This document shows, piece by piece, positions 1 to 10,959 of a stretch of 40,806 nucleotides of DNA. The translations under genes were made by a program, and so were the position numbers. The DNA is taken from the NCBI RefSeq assembly GCF_004010195.1, contig NC_057719.1, positions 35,031,537 through 35,072,342 on the forward strand, written 5' to 3'. Below the pieces are notes generated by a model. The model did no database searches and was not told where the DNA came from. It saw only the letters and a program-made list of their open reading frames with translations. Source of the stretch: Chiloscyllium plagiosum (Eukaryota). The first letter of the stretch is position 1, and each line of letters opens with the position of its first letter.

Positions 1-446
1 AACTGAAGCAAGGCTTCAATATTCCTGTTTCTGGATTAGAGGTGCTGAACTCAAATCCTGCAATAAAGGCTAACATTCCATTAGCCTTCCTTATACCTTG
101 CTCCATCTCTATGACAGCCTTCAGTGGCTTGTTGAATACAATAACTTTGTACATCAACATTTTCCAACTTCTTGCCATTTAAGAAATTCCCAGTATATCT
201 GTCTCTCCTGCCAATGTGGATAACCTCACATTTTCCACATTAGATTCCATTTGCCATGCTCTTGCTTACTTATTAAACCTGAAGCAACTCTGCATCCTCT
301 CCACAGCATGTTTCTCACTTAGCTTTATATCAACTGCGAATTGGGAGATATTACATTTGAATCCTACATCCAAATCTTTCAATATATATTATGAACATCT
401 GGGGACCAAGTACTGATCCTTGCAGTATCCCACTAGTCATGGGCTG

Positions 447-572
447 TTGACAGTGTGGTGCTGGAAAAGCACAGCACGTCAGACAGCATCCGAGGAGCAA
501 AAGAACAGAGGTTTCGGGCATAAGCCCTGCATGAGGGCTTTCCTCTAGCATCTGCAGTCCTCACTTTATACG
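447..572. mobile_element. Short truncated Penelope pLTR-derived insertion containing both orientations (family A)
   Basis: gtgtggtgctggaaaagcacagca...tttcgggcataagccc is joined to opposite-orientation gcatctgcagtcctcacttt; flanking direct repeat agtcatgggctg (435-446) / agtcataggctg (573-584). Confidence 0.8.
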
Positions 573-627
573 AGTCATAGGCTGCCAATGTTAGAATGAC
601 TTGTTTATTCCGACTGTTTTCTGCCTA

Positions 628-1675
628 GAATCACTGAGTTTCATGAAGAGATACAAAAGCAACCCCAGCCTATCTAGCCTCTGTTCATAGCAGGAACACT
701 CCAACCAAGGCAATTTCCTGGTGAATCCCCTTTGTACCCCATCTAATGTAACCACATCATTCCTAGAGTTTAGTAAGCAGAATTGCACAGCTGTAACCCA
801 ATTGTCTTTATAGGTCCTTCACAACCTCCCTGCTTTTTAATCAATGCCCTGACCAATAAAGGCAAGTATCAATCCCCACCAGAAAAAAATGCCTCCTTAA
901 CCACCTCATTCACTCAATCTGTTGCCTTAAAAGGATCTATGAACATGCACACCAAGGTTCCTCTGATCCTTTTACTTCCTAGGATTCTACAATTCATGGT
1001 GTACTCCCTTGCCTCTCACTTGTACAGATTAAATTCCATTTGCCACCTGCTGTGCCTCATCTGACCAACCTGCCTGTATTATTCTAAGGCTTTCCTCATT
1101 GGCATTTACCATTGGCACTGGCATTTTCAGGTCACCTGATCAAATCTTTTATATTTGTGTCTAGGTAATTATGTGCACTATAACAGCAAGGGACTCAGCA
1201 ATGAACACTGCAGATGCCACTGGACATAGACGTCCAGTCACAAAAGCAATCTTCAACGATCTGCCTCCTTCCATTAAACCAGTTTTGGATCCAATTTGCC
1301 ATACTGCCCTGTATCCCTTGGGTTGTTACCATCCTGAGCAGACTCTTATGCAAGACTTTATCACTGTCTTACCGAAGTCACTGTAGACTACATCAACTGC
1401 AGTACCCTGAGCCACACCTAGTCACCTCCACACAACTCAAATCAAACCTGTCAGAGAAGATCACCCCCTGACAAAGCTAGACTGACTATCCATGATTAAT
1501 CCTGATCTCTTGAAGTGTAGACTAGTTCTGTCCTTAAGAACTTTTCCCAGAAGTTTCCCTACCAGTGATACTAGACTCACTGGTTTCTAGTTCTTTGATT
1601 TATCCTTACCACAGTTCTTGAATAATGCTATCACATTATTGTCCTCCAGTACCTCTCCAGTGACCAAAAAGATAA
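628..1675 (-). mobile_element. CR1-like LINE RT fragment nested in the older LINE
   Basis: Minus-strand VQRGFTRKLPWLECSCYEQRLDRLGL (CR1 ORF2 C-terminus); host LINE resumes after a gccta duplication (623-627 / 1676-1680). Confidence 0.75.
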
Positions 1676-2614
1676 GCCTATTAACCAATCCTTAATCCAT
1701 GGTGGTAAATTACCCACTATCCCATGTACTTTAATTTTGCCAAACAATTTCTTTTGGGAGGTGGGAGAATCGTATCAAAAGTCTGAAGATCCTAGTAAAC
1801 TACATCCCTGTATCAATTTTATTAATAACCTCCTCAAAAACTCCAACAAATTTGTGAAACATTATTTCCTATTTACAAATCCATGCTGACCATATCCATC
1901 AGATTATTATTATCCAAGTATTCAGTTATTTCATCCTGTATAATATATTCTATTGTAGCCCTGTTGTTGATGTACGGCTAACAAGTCTACAGTTCCTTCT
2001 TTTCTCATTTGTTTCCATCTTAAGTAGTGGAGTGGCATTTGCTCGCTGACAAGATGCAGGAATCTTTCCACAATTTATAAAATTTTGGAGAATGATCACC
2101 AATGCATCAACTATAGCTCTTTTAAAGCTCTGGGATATAAAATATCACATCCTAAGCACTTATTAACTTTTAGCCCAATTAATTATTCAATCACAACCCA
2201 TATTGGCTTTGAGGCAAACTGCTCAGCACCTCTGTCTCAACCTTTCTTCATTAAAAAAAAGGTGAAAATACACCTCTTCAAGCCATAGTATCATCACAAC
2301 ACCAGCCAATTTGTGCATGTCTTCATACTTTCCCTTATTTGAATTTAACACCAATGCTCCAGATTGAACAGCCTCAATTTCAAACAAAATGTAAAATGCT
2401 AACATAATGTAGTCACCGTCCCTAAAGGTTCTGTCATAAAAAGATAATTAGTCCTTTTACATTACATAAAACAGTACATCTTCCTGTGAGCACCTTAACA
2501 TACTGTTCTAGAAAACCATCCCTAACATATTCCAGAAACTCATCTTCATAGCTTTAACACTCAATTGGTTTACTCGGTCTATTTACAGATTGAAGTCACT
2601 CATAATTACTATAT

Positions 2615-2815
2615 TCATAACAGGCTTGACAGGGTAAATGTTGAGAGGATAGTTCCAGTCGTAGAAGACTCTAGCACCAAAGGGCAGAAAAAAGGGTTGC
2701 CAATTTAGGACTGAGATGAGGAGGAATTTAATCTCTCAGGAGGTTTAAGAGTTTTTGAAACTCCTTGCCACAGAAAACTGTGTATACTTATGGCTGAGAT
2801 AGATAGATTCCTGTA
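2615..2815 (+). mobile_element. CR1-like LINE 3' fragment
   Basis: Degenerate ORF2 C-terminal sequence similar to other CR1 3' ends in the window. Confidence 0.65.
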
Positions 2816-3173
2816 AAGATTGACGCGAAGTAATTATTCAGTTCCTCAGCCATTTTCTTGTTCCCCACTACTCTCTCCAGCATCATTTTCCAGCAGCCCA
2901 ATGACCCCTTCCATTCTTCCTCCATCCTCATCCATTGTGCCATGCGAGGTGCCACAGCCTTCACTAGTTTCCCAAACAGAATACCATTTAGCTAGCAGGA
3001 GAGACTCAAGGACATCTTGCACTACCTGTTTGGCTCTCCTCGGCTACCTTTTTCTTTTCTATTTACATGCTACTCACCTGCAGTGCGATTATCTCTCTAT
3101 ACCTGCTATCCACAAAGTTACTGCCTCACAAATACACAACAGAGGCTTAGGCTGTAGCTCAATTTCCAAAACA

Positions 3174-3285
3174 GGGCGGCACGGTGGCACAGTGGTTAGC
3201 ACTGCTGCCTCACAGCGCCAGAAACCCGGGTTCAATTCCCACCTCAGGTGACTGACTGTGTGTAATCTAATCTAATCTAATCTAA
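3174..3285 (+). mobile_element. HE1-type tRNA-derived SINE with internal deletion
   Basis: Head gggcggcacggtggcacagtggttagcactgctgcctcacagcgccag with A and B boxes (ggttcaattccc) is fused directly to a (TAATC)n tail; the head is almost identical to the copy at 9430. Confidence 0.85.
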
Positions 3286-4138
3286 AACCCAGAATTCAAG
3301 TTGGTGTAGTGGTGATACTTCCTGCAGATATGTTTGGGACACATGATATCACACAAATCACAACATGTGCACTCTGTTTGGCTCAGCTGACCTGTGTAAC
3401 TCTAACCTATTTGATACCCTTAGAATAAATATAAACTTACTAGTAACAACTTTACTTTGGTTACATTAACTTTATTTTAATTTGACTTCCATTAACTTTA
3501 CTTCCGTTTTGAAGGTTCCTTACTGAAATCCAAGTAGCTTCCTGTTTTACAAATTATATGTTTTTCTAGTTAAAACTATTTAAACACATTCCCTAACAGC
3601 AGCTTCTCATCAATACTTGCACTTGCAATTTTCAAATGATGACACTGTTAGATTTTTATTTATACTTGGCCTGGCTGCCGTGTAATCCCGAGGAGGGGTG
3701 TCTCCCTGCGGTCTGGCTGACTCAGCTCTCAAAAGATAACTTAGACGAGATCACTATGCAATTCACTGAAAATACCCTCCTCCAAATGAATACTTTCAGG
3801 TTTACATTTTTTTTTTTACTTTTCCATAGCTACTCTAATGACTTGCTTATATGTCTTGCTGATTTTGGTTTAGTGATTAAAGGTAGTCAAATCACCAGCA
3901 GACTGTATGTTGTTCAGAATCAAGTCTTTTGATAAAGATGTTATCTTTATAAAGGTGTGCCCTAAAATGCAGGATTATCTCAATGAATATATGAACAGTT
4001 AGCTTAGATTATGTACTCCAAGTCCTGAAAAGGGGCCTTGAAGTAACAAGTTTCTCACTAAAAGTTCACTTGTTTGTTCATTCTCATTATCTTAAACAAC
4101 TGAAGTAAATTCTTAGTAATTTTTAAAATGAAACTTAC

Positions 4139-4245
4139 TTATAATTATTCATGGCAGTGTATGGAGCACAGAAAGGTACAGCAAACAGCAACACATCATC
4201 CGGATAAGGCTGACCAGTTAGTGAGGTCAGCAATTTCTCACCCTC
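4139..4245 (-). CDS. NEMF: NEMF exon 14: [35 protein letters not shown](K), DUF3441/NFACT-C region
   Basis: Matches [29 protein letters not shown]; tttcag acceptor, GTAAGT donor; 107 nt, phase 0 to 2. The next exon (YKVKLTPG...) was not found in 1-4138 and is presumed outside the window. Confidence 0.97.
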
Positions 4246-4364
4246 CTGAAATGAAAAGATTATGAAACTTAATACTGTAAATACAAGTTTTCAAAGAATA
4301 CCTATGTCCTCACTTGAATGCAATCTGACGAACAATTTGCTCTCACTATTGTACTATTGCCATA

Positions 4365-4620
4365 AAACCATAAAATGTAATAGCGGAAGTAGGCCGTTTG
4401 GGTATGCTCAACCACTGCATAAGATCATGGCTGATCTGATAATTCTCAACTCCACTGTCTAATTCAACCATGAATATACTTAAATGACCCAGCCTCGAAA
4501 GCCATCTGAGGTAAAGAATTCCACAAATTCACCTCCCTCAGAACAAATCTCTCCTCATCTCTGTCTCAAATGGGTGACTTCTTACTTTGAGATTATGCCC
4601 TCCATTTACTCTGTGGGAAG
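4365..4620 (-). mobile_element. CR1-like LINE 3' tail fragment
   Basis: cataaaaccataa...taggccgtttg...ataagatcatggctgatctg pattern typical of reverse-complemented shark CR1 3' UTR. Confidence 0.6.
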
Positions 4621-7403
4621 GTCTAGGATCAATCTCTCTGTATTGATCCTGTTAAGAATCTATTATTTTTCCAATTAGAACATCTCTTTTTCCTTAGTCT
4701 TCTCCAATGTGTTGTATTCTGTCCAAAGCTTTCTAAAATGTACATATTCTCTTCATGCCACCCCACCCGACCGAAGGAGGTACAATGGTGAGAGGAACAG
4801 ACAGGACATTCTGTGGTTACGAACCAAATTCCTGATGGTATGTTGTCTCGGGGATGCTAGGGTCAGGGATGTCTCAGATCGAGTCTACAGGATTCTTAAG
4901 GGAGAGGGGGAGGGGGAGCAGCCAGAAGTCATGGTACACATCGTATCATGACATAGCTAGAAAAAAGGATGAAGACCTGAAAAGAGAATATAGAGAGTTA
5001 GGTTGAAAGCTAAAAGGCAGGGCAAGCAGAGTAGTGATCTCAGGATTGCTACCAGTGTTACGGGTTAGCGAGGCTAGGAACAGAAAGCGAGTGCAAATGA
5101 ACACGTGGCTGCCAGGCTGATGTAGGAGGGAGCCTTCACAGATGTGGATCATTAGGATAGCTTCTGGGGAAGGTGGGACCTGTACAAGGAGGACGGGTTG
5201 CCCCTGAACTGGAGGGGCACCAATATCCTGAGCGGGTAGTTTGCTCAAGCTCTTCAGGAGGGTTTAATCAAGTTTGGCTGGGGGATGGAGTAGCTAGTAG
5301 TTTGAGGATGGAGTAGCTAGTGAACAGCCGATACAGTGTGCAGAGAGTATGTGAGGAAGGATAGACAGTTGATAGGGCAAAGTTGCAGTCAGTGTGATGG
5401 GTTGAAGTGTGTCTATTTTAACACAAGAAGTATCAGTAAAGGTGATGAACTTAGTTCCAAGTACTGATCCAAGCTCTATGATGTTGTGGTCATTATGGAG
5501 ACTTGGATATCACAAGGACAGGAATGATTGTTGAATGTTCCAGGCTTTAGATATTTCCAAACATCTAAATAGAGAGGGAGTTAAAAGAGGTGGGGGAGTG
5601 GTTTTGCAAATCAGGGGTAGTATCACAGCTGCAAAATGGGAGGTCATCGAGGTGACTGAGTCATTATGGGTTGAAGTCAAGAACAAGAAAGGAGCAGTCA
5701 TTTTCTTGGGAGTTTTTTTTAAGACTCCCTCTCCCCCCCCGCAGCAACAGAGACACAAAGGAGCAGATTGGGAGGCAGAGTTTGGAAAGGTGCAGAAATT
5801 ACAGGGTTATTGTCATGTTTGATTTTAACGTCCCTAATAACGATTGGGACTTCCTTAGTGTGAATAGTTTGGATGGAGCAGACTTTGTCAGGTGTGTCCA
5901 GGAAGGATTCCTGACTCAATATGTAGATCGGCCAACTAGAGGGGAAGCCATATTAGATTTAATGAATGGCAACAAAACAGGTCAGGTGTCGGATCTCTTG
6001 GTGGGAGAGCACTTCAGTGATCGCAACTCCCTGACCTTACTATAGTCATGGACAGGGATAGGAGCAGACAGTATAGGAAAAGGGGAGAAGGGAAATTTAA
6101 TTGGGGGAAGGAAAATTACAATAATATTAGGCAGGAACTGGGGCGCCTAAATTGGGAACACGTTCTCAGGGAAATGCATGACAGAAATGTGGAGGTTGTT
6201 TAAGGAGTACTTGCTGATAGTGCTGGTTAGGTTTGTCCCACTGAGGCGGTAAAGGAATCTAAAGTGACAAGGGATGTGGAACATCTAATCGAGAGGAAGA
6301 AGGAAACTTACTTAGGGTTAAGGAAGCAAAGATCAGACAGGGTTCTAGAGGGTTACAAGGTAATCAGGAAGGAACTGAAGAATGGGCTTAGGACTGCTTT
6401 AATGGCATGAAAAAGCTTTAACGGGTAGGATTAAGCAAAACCCTAAGGAATTCTATACTTATGTGAGGAACAAAGAGGATGGCTAAAGTGAGGGTAGGAA
6501 CCAATCAATGGAGGGAACTTGTGCCTGGAGTCAGAGGTGGTAGGGGAGGTCCTTAATAACTTTGCTTAAGTATTCACTACTGAGGGACCTTGTCGTTTGT
6601 GAGGACAGCATGAAATAGACTGATATGCTCAACCAGGTTAATGTTAAGAAGAAGAAATGCTGAAAATTTTGAAAATCGTAAGGATAGATAAGTCCCCTGA
6701 CTCAGACGGGATATAAGCAAGATTTCTATGGGAAGTGAAGAAGGAGATTGCTGTGCCTTTGGCGATGATCTTGCTTCTTCACTGTTTACTGGAGTAGTGC
6801 CAGATGATTGGAGGGTGGCAAATGTTATTGCATTGTTTAAAGAAGGGAATAGGGATAATGCTGGGAATTACAGACTAGTCAATTTTACGTCTGTGGTGGG
6901 TAAATTACTAGAAAGGATTCTGAGAGAGGGGATTTATGATTACTCGGAAAACCATAGTTTGATTAGAGATAGTCAGCGTTGCTTTGAGAGGGGCAGGTCA
7001 TGCCTCACAAGCCTTATTGAATTGAGGATGTGATAAACATATTAATGAAGGTAGAGCAGTGGATGTGGTGCATGTGAATTTTAAAAAAGCAGTTTGGTAA
7101 GGTTCCCCATGGTAGGCTCATTCAGAAAGTGAGGAGGCAGGGAAATATAGCTGCCTGGATACAGAATTGGCTGGACCACAGAAGACAGAGATAGTAAATG
7201 GAAAGTATTCAGCCTGAAGCTCCGTGATCAGTGGTATTCTGCAGGGATCTGTACTGCTCTTGTGAGCAGTACAGATCTGCTCTTGTGAGTTTTATGAAGG
7301 ACTTGAGGAGAAAGTGAGGTCTGCAGATGCTGGAGATCAGAGCTGAAAATGTGTCACTGGAAAAGCGCAGCAGGTCAGGCAGCATCCAGGGAACAGGAGA
7401 ATC

Positions 7404-7431
7404 GACGTTTCGGGCATAAGCCCTTCTTCAG
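7404..7431 (-). ncRNA. Minimal type I hammerhead ribozyme motif (PLE-associated)
   Basis: Minus strand reads CUGAAGA-A-GGGC-UUAU-GCCC-GAAACGUC: core CUGANGA, stem II, GAAA, palindromic ACGU stem III and a GUC triplet. Activity untested. Confidence 0.7.
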
Positions 7432-7507
7432 GAATGAGGAAAGTTTGTCCAGCAGGCTAAGATAAACTACCTTTTATCTTAGCCTGCTGGACAAACTTTC
7501 CTCATTC

Positions 7508-7535
7508 CTGAAGAAGGGCTAATGCCCGAAACGTC
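7508..7535 (+). ncRNA. Minimal type I hammerhead ribozyme motif (PLE-associated)
   Basis: CUGAAGA-A-GGGC-UAAU-GCCC-GAAACGUC. Confidence 0.7.
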
Positions 7536-9429
7536 GATTCTCCTGTTCCCTAGATGCTGCCTGACCTCCTGCGCTTCTCCAGCAACACATTTCCATCTCT
7601 GACCTCCAGCATCTCCACACCTCACTTACTCCATTCAGCCCATCAAACCTACTGCACCATTCAACAAGATAATGATTGATCCTGTATCTCAACGCCATAC
7701 TCCTGCTCTCTCCCCACATCCCTCAGCACCTTCAGCAACTAGAAATCCATTTATTTCCTTCTCAAATATATTCAGTGTGAAACTTGTGAAACTTGGCCTT
7801 CACAAGTTTCTGCAAGAGAGAATTCATCACCGTCTGAGTGAAGATGTTTCAGCTCCTCTGAGTCCTAGCTTGCCTACACTGCACTCTCAGATCCTCTTGT
7901 TCTAGACCCCTCTACCTCCCCAGCCAGAACCCACCTTACTCCCTCTTTGTGGGGTACGTGGAAGAGTCCATTTTCTGCAGCTACACTGGCAACATGCCCC
8001 ACCTTTCTCTCCGCTACATTGATCACTGTATCAGAACCACTTTATGCACCCACCAGGAGGTTAAACAGTTAATCAATTTCACAAACACCTTACATCCTAA
8101 CCTCAGGTTCACCTAGACCATCTCAGACACTTCCCTCACCTTTCTGGTCCACTCTGCCTCCATTTACCATGACCGACTCAACGTGGACATCTATTTCAAA
8201 CCAACTGATTCCCACAGCCATCTGGACTACATCCCCTCCTGTAAAAAAGCTATCCTTACTCCCAATTCCTCCGCTTCTACCGTATCTGATCCCAGCAGGA
8301 GCAATTCCACTCCAGAACATCCCCAATGGCCTCCTACTTGGTCAACAATGCCCTCCTGCACATCTCCTCCACCTACCACACTTCTGCCCTGGTGCCCATG
8401 GCTACTCCTTTTGTTTGGAGGAAGTGGGAGGATTGGAAGGAGAAGTTGTTCAGGGTGAGGACCAGTTCAGTCAGTCGAAGGAGGGTTACGAAGAGGCAGG
8501 CATAGCTGGGGCCTATGTGGGTGCCCATGGCTACTCCTTTCGTTTTGGAGGAAGTGGGAGGATTGGAAAGAGAAGTTGTTCAGGGTGAGGACCAGTTCAG
8601 TCAGTCGAAGGAGGGTGTCAGTGGAAGGGTACTGGTTGGTACGGCGGGAAAGGAAGAAGCGGAGGGCTTTGAGTCCTTCGTGATGGGGGATGGAGGTGTA
8701 CAGGGACTGGATGTCCATGGTGAAGATAAGGCGTTGGGGACCAGGGAAGCAAAAATCATGGAGGAGGTGGAGGGCATGGGTGGTGTCCCGAACGTAGGTG
8801 GGGAGTTCTTGGACTAAGGGGGACAGGACCGTGTCAAGGTATGAAGGACTTGGATGAGGAAGTCGAAGGGTAGGTTAGCGAGTTTGCCGATGACACATGG
8901 CAAAAAGATTGGTGGAATAGTGGATAGTGTGGAGAGCAATTGGAGGTTACAACGAGACATTGACATGATGCAGAACTGAGCTGATAAGCAGCAGATGGAG
9001 TTCAACCTGGAAAAGTGTGAAGTAATTCATTTTGAAAGGTTACATATGAATACAGAATACAGGGTTAAAGGCAGGATTCTTAGCATTGTGGATGAATAGA
9101 GGGATCTTGGGGTCAATGTCCTTAAAGTTGCCACCCAACTTGATAGGATTGATAATAAGGCGTATGGTTTGTTGGCTTTCATTAGGAAAGCAATACAATT
9201 TAAGAGCCTCAAGGTTATGCTGCAGCTCTACAGAGCTCAGGTTAGATCACACTTGGAATATTGTTCAGTTCTGGTTGCCTCTTTATAAGGATGTGAAAAC
9301 TTTAGAGAGGGTGCAGAGGAGATTTACCAGAATGCTGCCTGGACTAGAGGGCATGTCTTATGAGGAAAGCTTGCGTGAGCGAGGACTTTTCTCATTGGAG
9401 CGAAGAAGAATGAGAGATGACTTGATAGA

Positions 9430-9749
9430 GGCACAGTGGCACAGTGGTTAGCACTGCTGCCTCACAGCGCCAGAGACCCGGGTTCAATTCCCGCCTCAGG
9501 CGACTGACTGTGTGGAGTTTGCACGTTCTCCCCTTGTCTGCGTGGGTTTCCTCCGGGTGCTCCGGTTTCCTCCCACATCACAAAGATGTACAGGGTCAGG
9601 TGAATTGGCCATACTAAATTGCCCGTAGTGTTAGGTAAGGGGTAAATGTAGGGGTATGGGTGGGTTTCACTTCGGCGGGTCGGTGTGGACTTGTTGGGCC
9701 GAAGGGCCTGTTTCTACACTGTAATCTAATCTAATCTAATCTAATCTAA
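9430..9749 (+). mobile_element. Nearly full-length HE1/V-SINE inserted in the CR1 RT
   Basis: tRNA-like head, V-domain-like tgtggagtttgcacgttctcccc..tgcgtgggtttcctccgggtgctccggtttcctccca, LINE-derived tail gggccgaagggcctgtt and (TAATC)n. Confidence 0.92.
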
Positions 9750-10394
9750 GATGATGAAAGGTATAGATAGAGTGAATAGTTAGAGATTTTGTTTGTAATG
9801 GCTATCACAAGAGGGTATAACTTTAAGGTGAGTGGACGAAGGTTTGGGGAAGATGTCAGATGTTGGTTCTTTACTCAAAGTGATGGATGCGTGGAATGCA
9901 CTGCCAGCATTATGGACATTTAAGTGACTCTTGGATAGGCACATGGATGATACTGAATGAAGGGTATGTAGGTTAGCTTGATCTTAAGAGCAGGATAAAA
10001 GATTGGCACAACGTAGAGGGCTGAAAGGCCTGTACTATGCTGTACTATTCTATATATCATTTGTTAAATTGGTTCTCAGTTTGCTAAGCAGTTTTCCTTT
10101 CTGAGTGTTATTTCTAATTTTTAAAATCTTCATCTAGATATTTAGTAATTGAATATTAGTTAATTGTATAATTTCCCCCTCCCTCCCAAACTGATGTTGA
10201 ATTGTCTTTTGTCAGGTTACCTCAACCTCTCCTTTTGAAAATAGATATACCATTAGCCATTCTTCAGTCCCACTTAATCTCAATAGAATCTGTTCTCAAC
10301 TGATTTCTCAAACTTAACTGGCAATCCGAGGATAAGGCCATTAAAAATAACAATAATCATTTTGAACTTTTTATCTTATTAATAACCAACAAAC

Positions 10395-10433
10395 CTCAGC
10401 CGCTTGCAGATCTTGCTCTGGTTCGTCCTGGTC
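10395..10433 (-). CDS. NEMF: NEMF exon 13 (micro-exon): DQDEPEQDLQAAE
   Basis: Similar to recalled human EEQDLDQQGNE; tgtag acceptor, GTTTGT donor; 39 nt, phase 0 to 0. Confidence 0.82.
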
Positions 10434-10567
10434 CTACATATTTATAAAACACAAATGTTAATAAAGGACATTAATTTATTACAGAAGTACACAGTGCCAT
10501 TTTTGTTAGTTGGTGAAACTAACTTTTTTTCAGAATATTAATGTTTAAATGGACTCCAATGCCTTAC

Positions 10568-10768
10568 TTCTTGATGATCTTCGACAGCACTCTCCTCTAT
10601 AGTAACTTCTGCCATATGATGTGTAACAAGGTCGAGATTTTGCTCTTTGCTTTCAACACTACTCGTTTTGTTTGAAGACTGTTGCTTCACCTGCTGTTTT
10701 TTAGTTGTTTTTTTTGCTTTTCCCTTTTTACCTTTCTTCGTCTTTTCCTCTTTACTTGAGCCAGCTGA
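10568..10768 (-). CDS. NEMF: NEMF exon 12: SAGSSKEEKTKKGKKGKAKKTTKKQQ...VTIEESAVEDHQE
   Basis: Starts like recalled human SAGSNKEEKGKKGKKGK; tccag acceptor, GTAAGG donor; 201 nt, phase 0 to 0, no stops. Confidence 0.93.
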
Positions 10769-10849
10769 CTGGATTCAGATAATATAAATTAAAATCCAAT
10801 ACCTAATGCATTTTAAAATATAATCTGTATAATGCAAACTTATTCATAC

Positions 10850-10927
10850 CCCAAGTAATTTCATCATTAATTCACGATCCTCTTCATCTTGATCTTTATA
10901 TTTTTCTTTAATTTTCCTCAGTTTAGC
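10850..10927 (-). CDS. NEMF: NEMF exon 11: [26 protein letters not shown]
   Basis: Conserved [14 protein letters not shown] motif; ttcag acceptor, GTATGA donor; 78 nt, phase 0 to 0. Confidence 0.97.
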
Positions 10928-10959
10928 CTGAATAATGCAAAACAGAGTAATAACTACTT

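Larger units (their letters stand above)
1..2610 (-). mobile_element. Old decayed CR1-like LINE ORF2 remnant, interrupted by younger insertions at 447-572 and 628-1675
   Basis: RT motif QGSVLGPQMFIIYI on the minus strand near 385-430; further RT/endonuclease-like remnants at 1680-2610; many stops and frameshifts. Confidence 0.75.
7306..8839. mobile_element. Composite Penelope-like insertion bounded by a 13-bp TSD
   Basis: TATGAAGGACTTG at 7293-7305 and 8840-8852. Contains an inverted pLTR pair (7306-7633), a CR1 tail (~7632-7910), a + strand PLE RT fragment (~7930-8385) and a - strand PLE RT fragment MDIQSLYTSIPH..LVLTLNNFSF (8391-8839). Confidence 0.85.
4770..10060 (+). mobile_element. Near full-length but dead CR1/HER1-like LINE: ORF1 SGNH-esterase-like region (~4770-5280), ORF2 APE endonuclease + RT (~5400-9950), 3' UTR; two nested insertions
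   Basis: ORF1 MVCCLGDARVRDVSDRV..GEQPEVMVHI, VVISGLLPV, DGLPLNWRGTNIL; endonuclease GFLTQYVDRPTRGEAILDL; RT VPDDWRVANVIALFKEG..GNYRLVNFTSVVGKLLE, FADDT (~8883), LERVQRRFTRMLPGL; multiple stops and frameshifts. Confidence 0.92.

Noticed and set aside
5283..5321. 16-bp direct repeat ggatggagtagctagt with a 7-nt spacer
   Set aside because: Only two copies inside a dead LINE; a local duplication, not a CRISPR-like array.
9430..9500. tRNA gene
   Set aside because: It is the tRNA-derived head of an HE1 SINE, continuing into SINE body and tail; the same applies at 3174.
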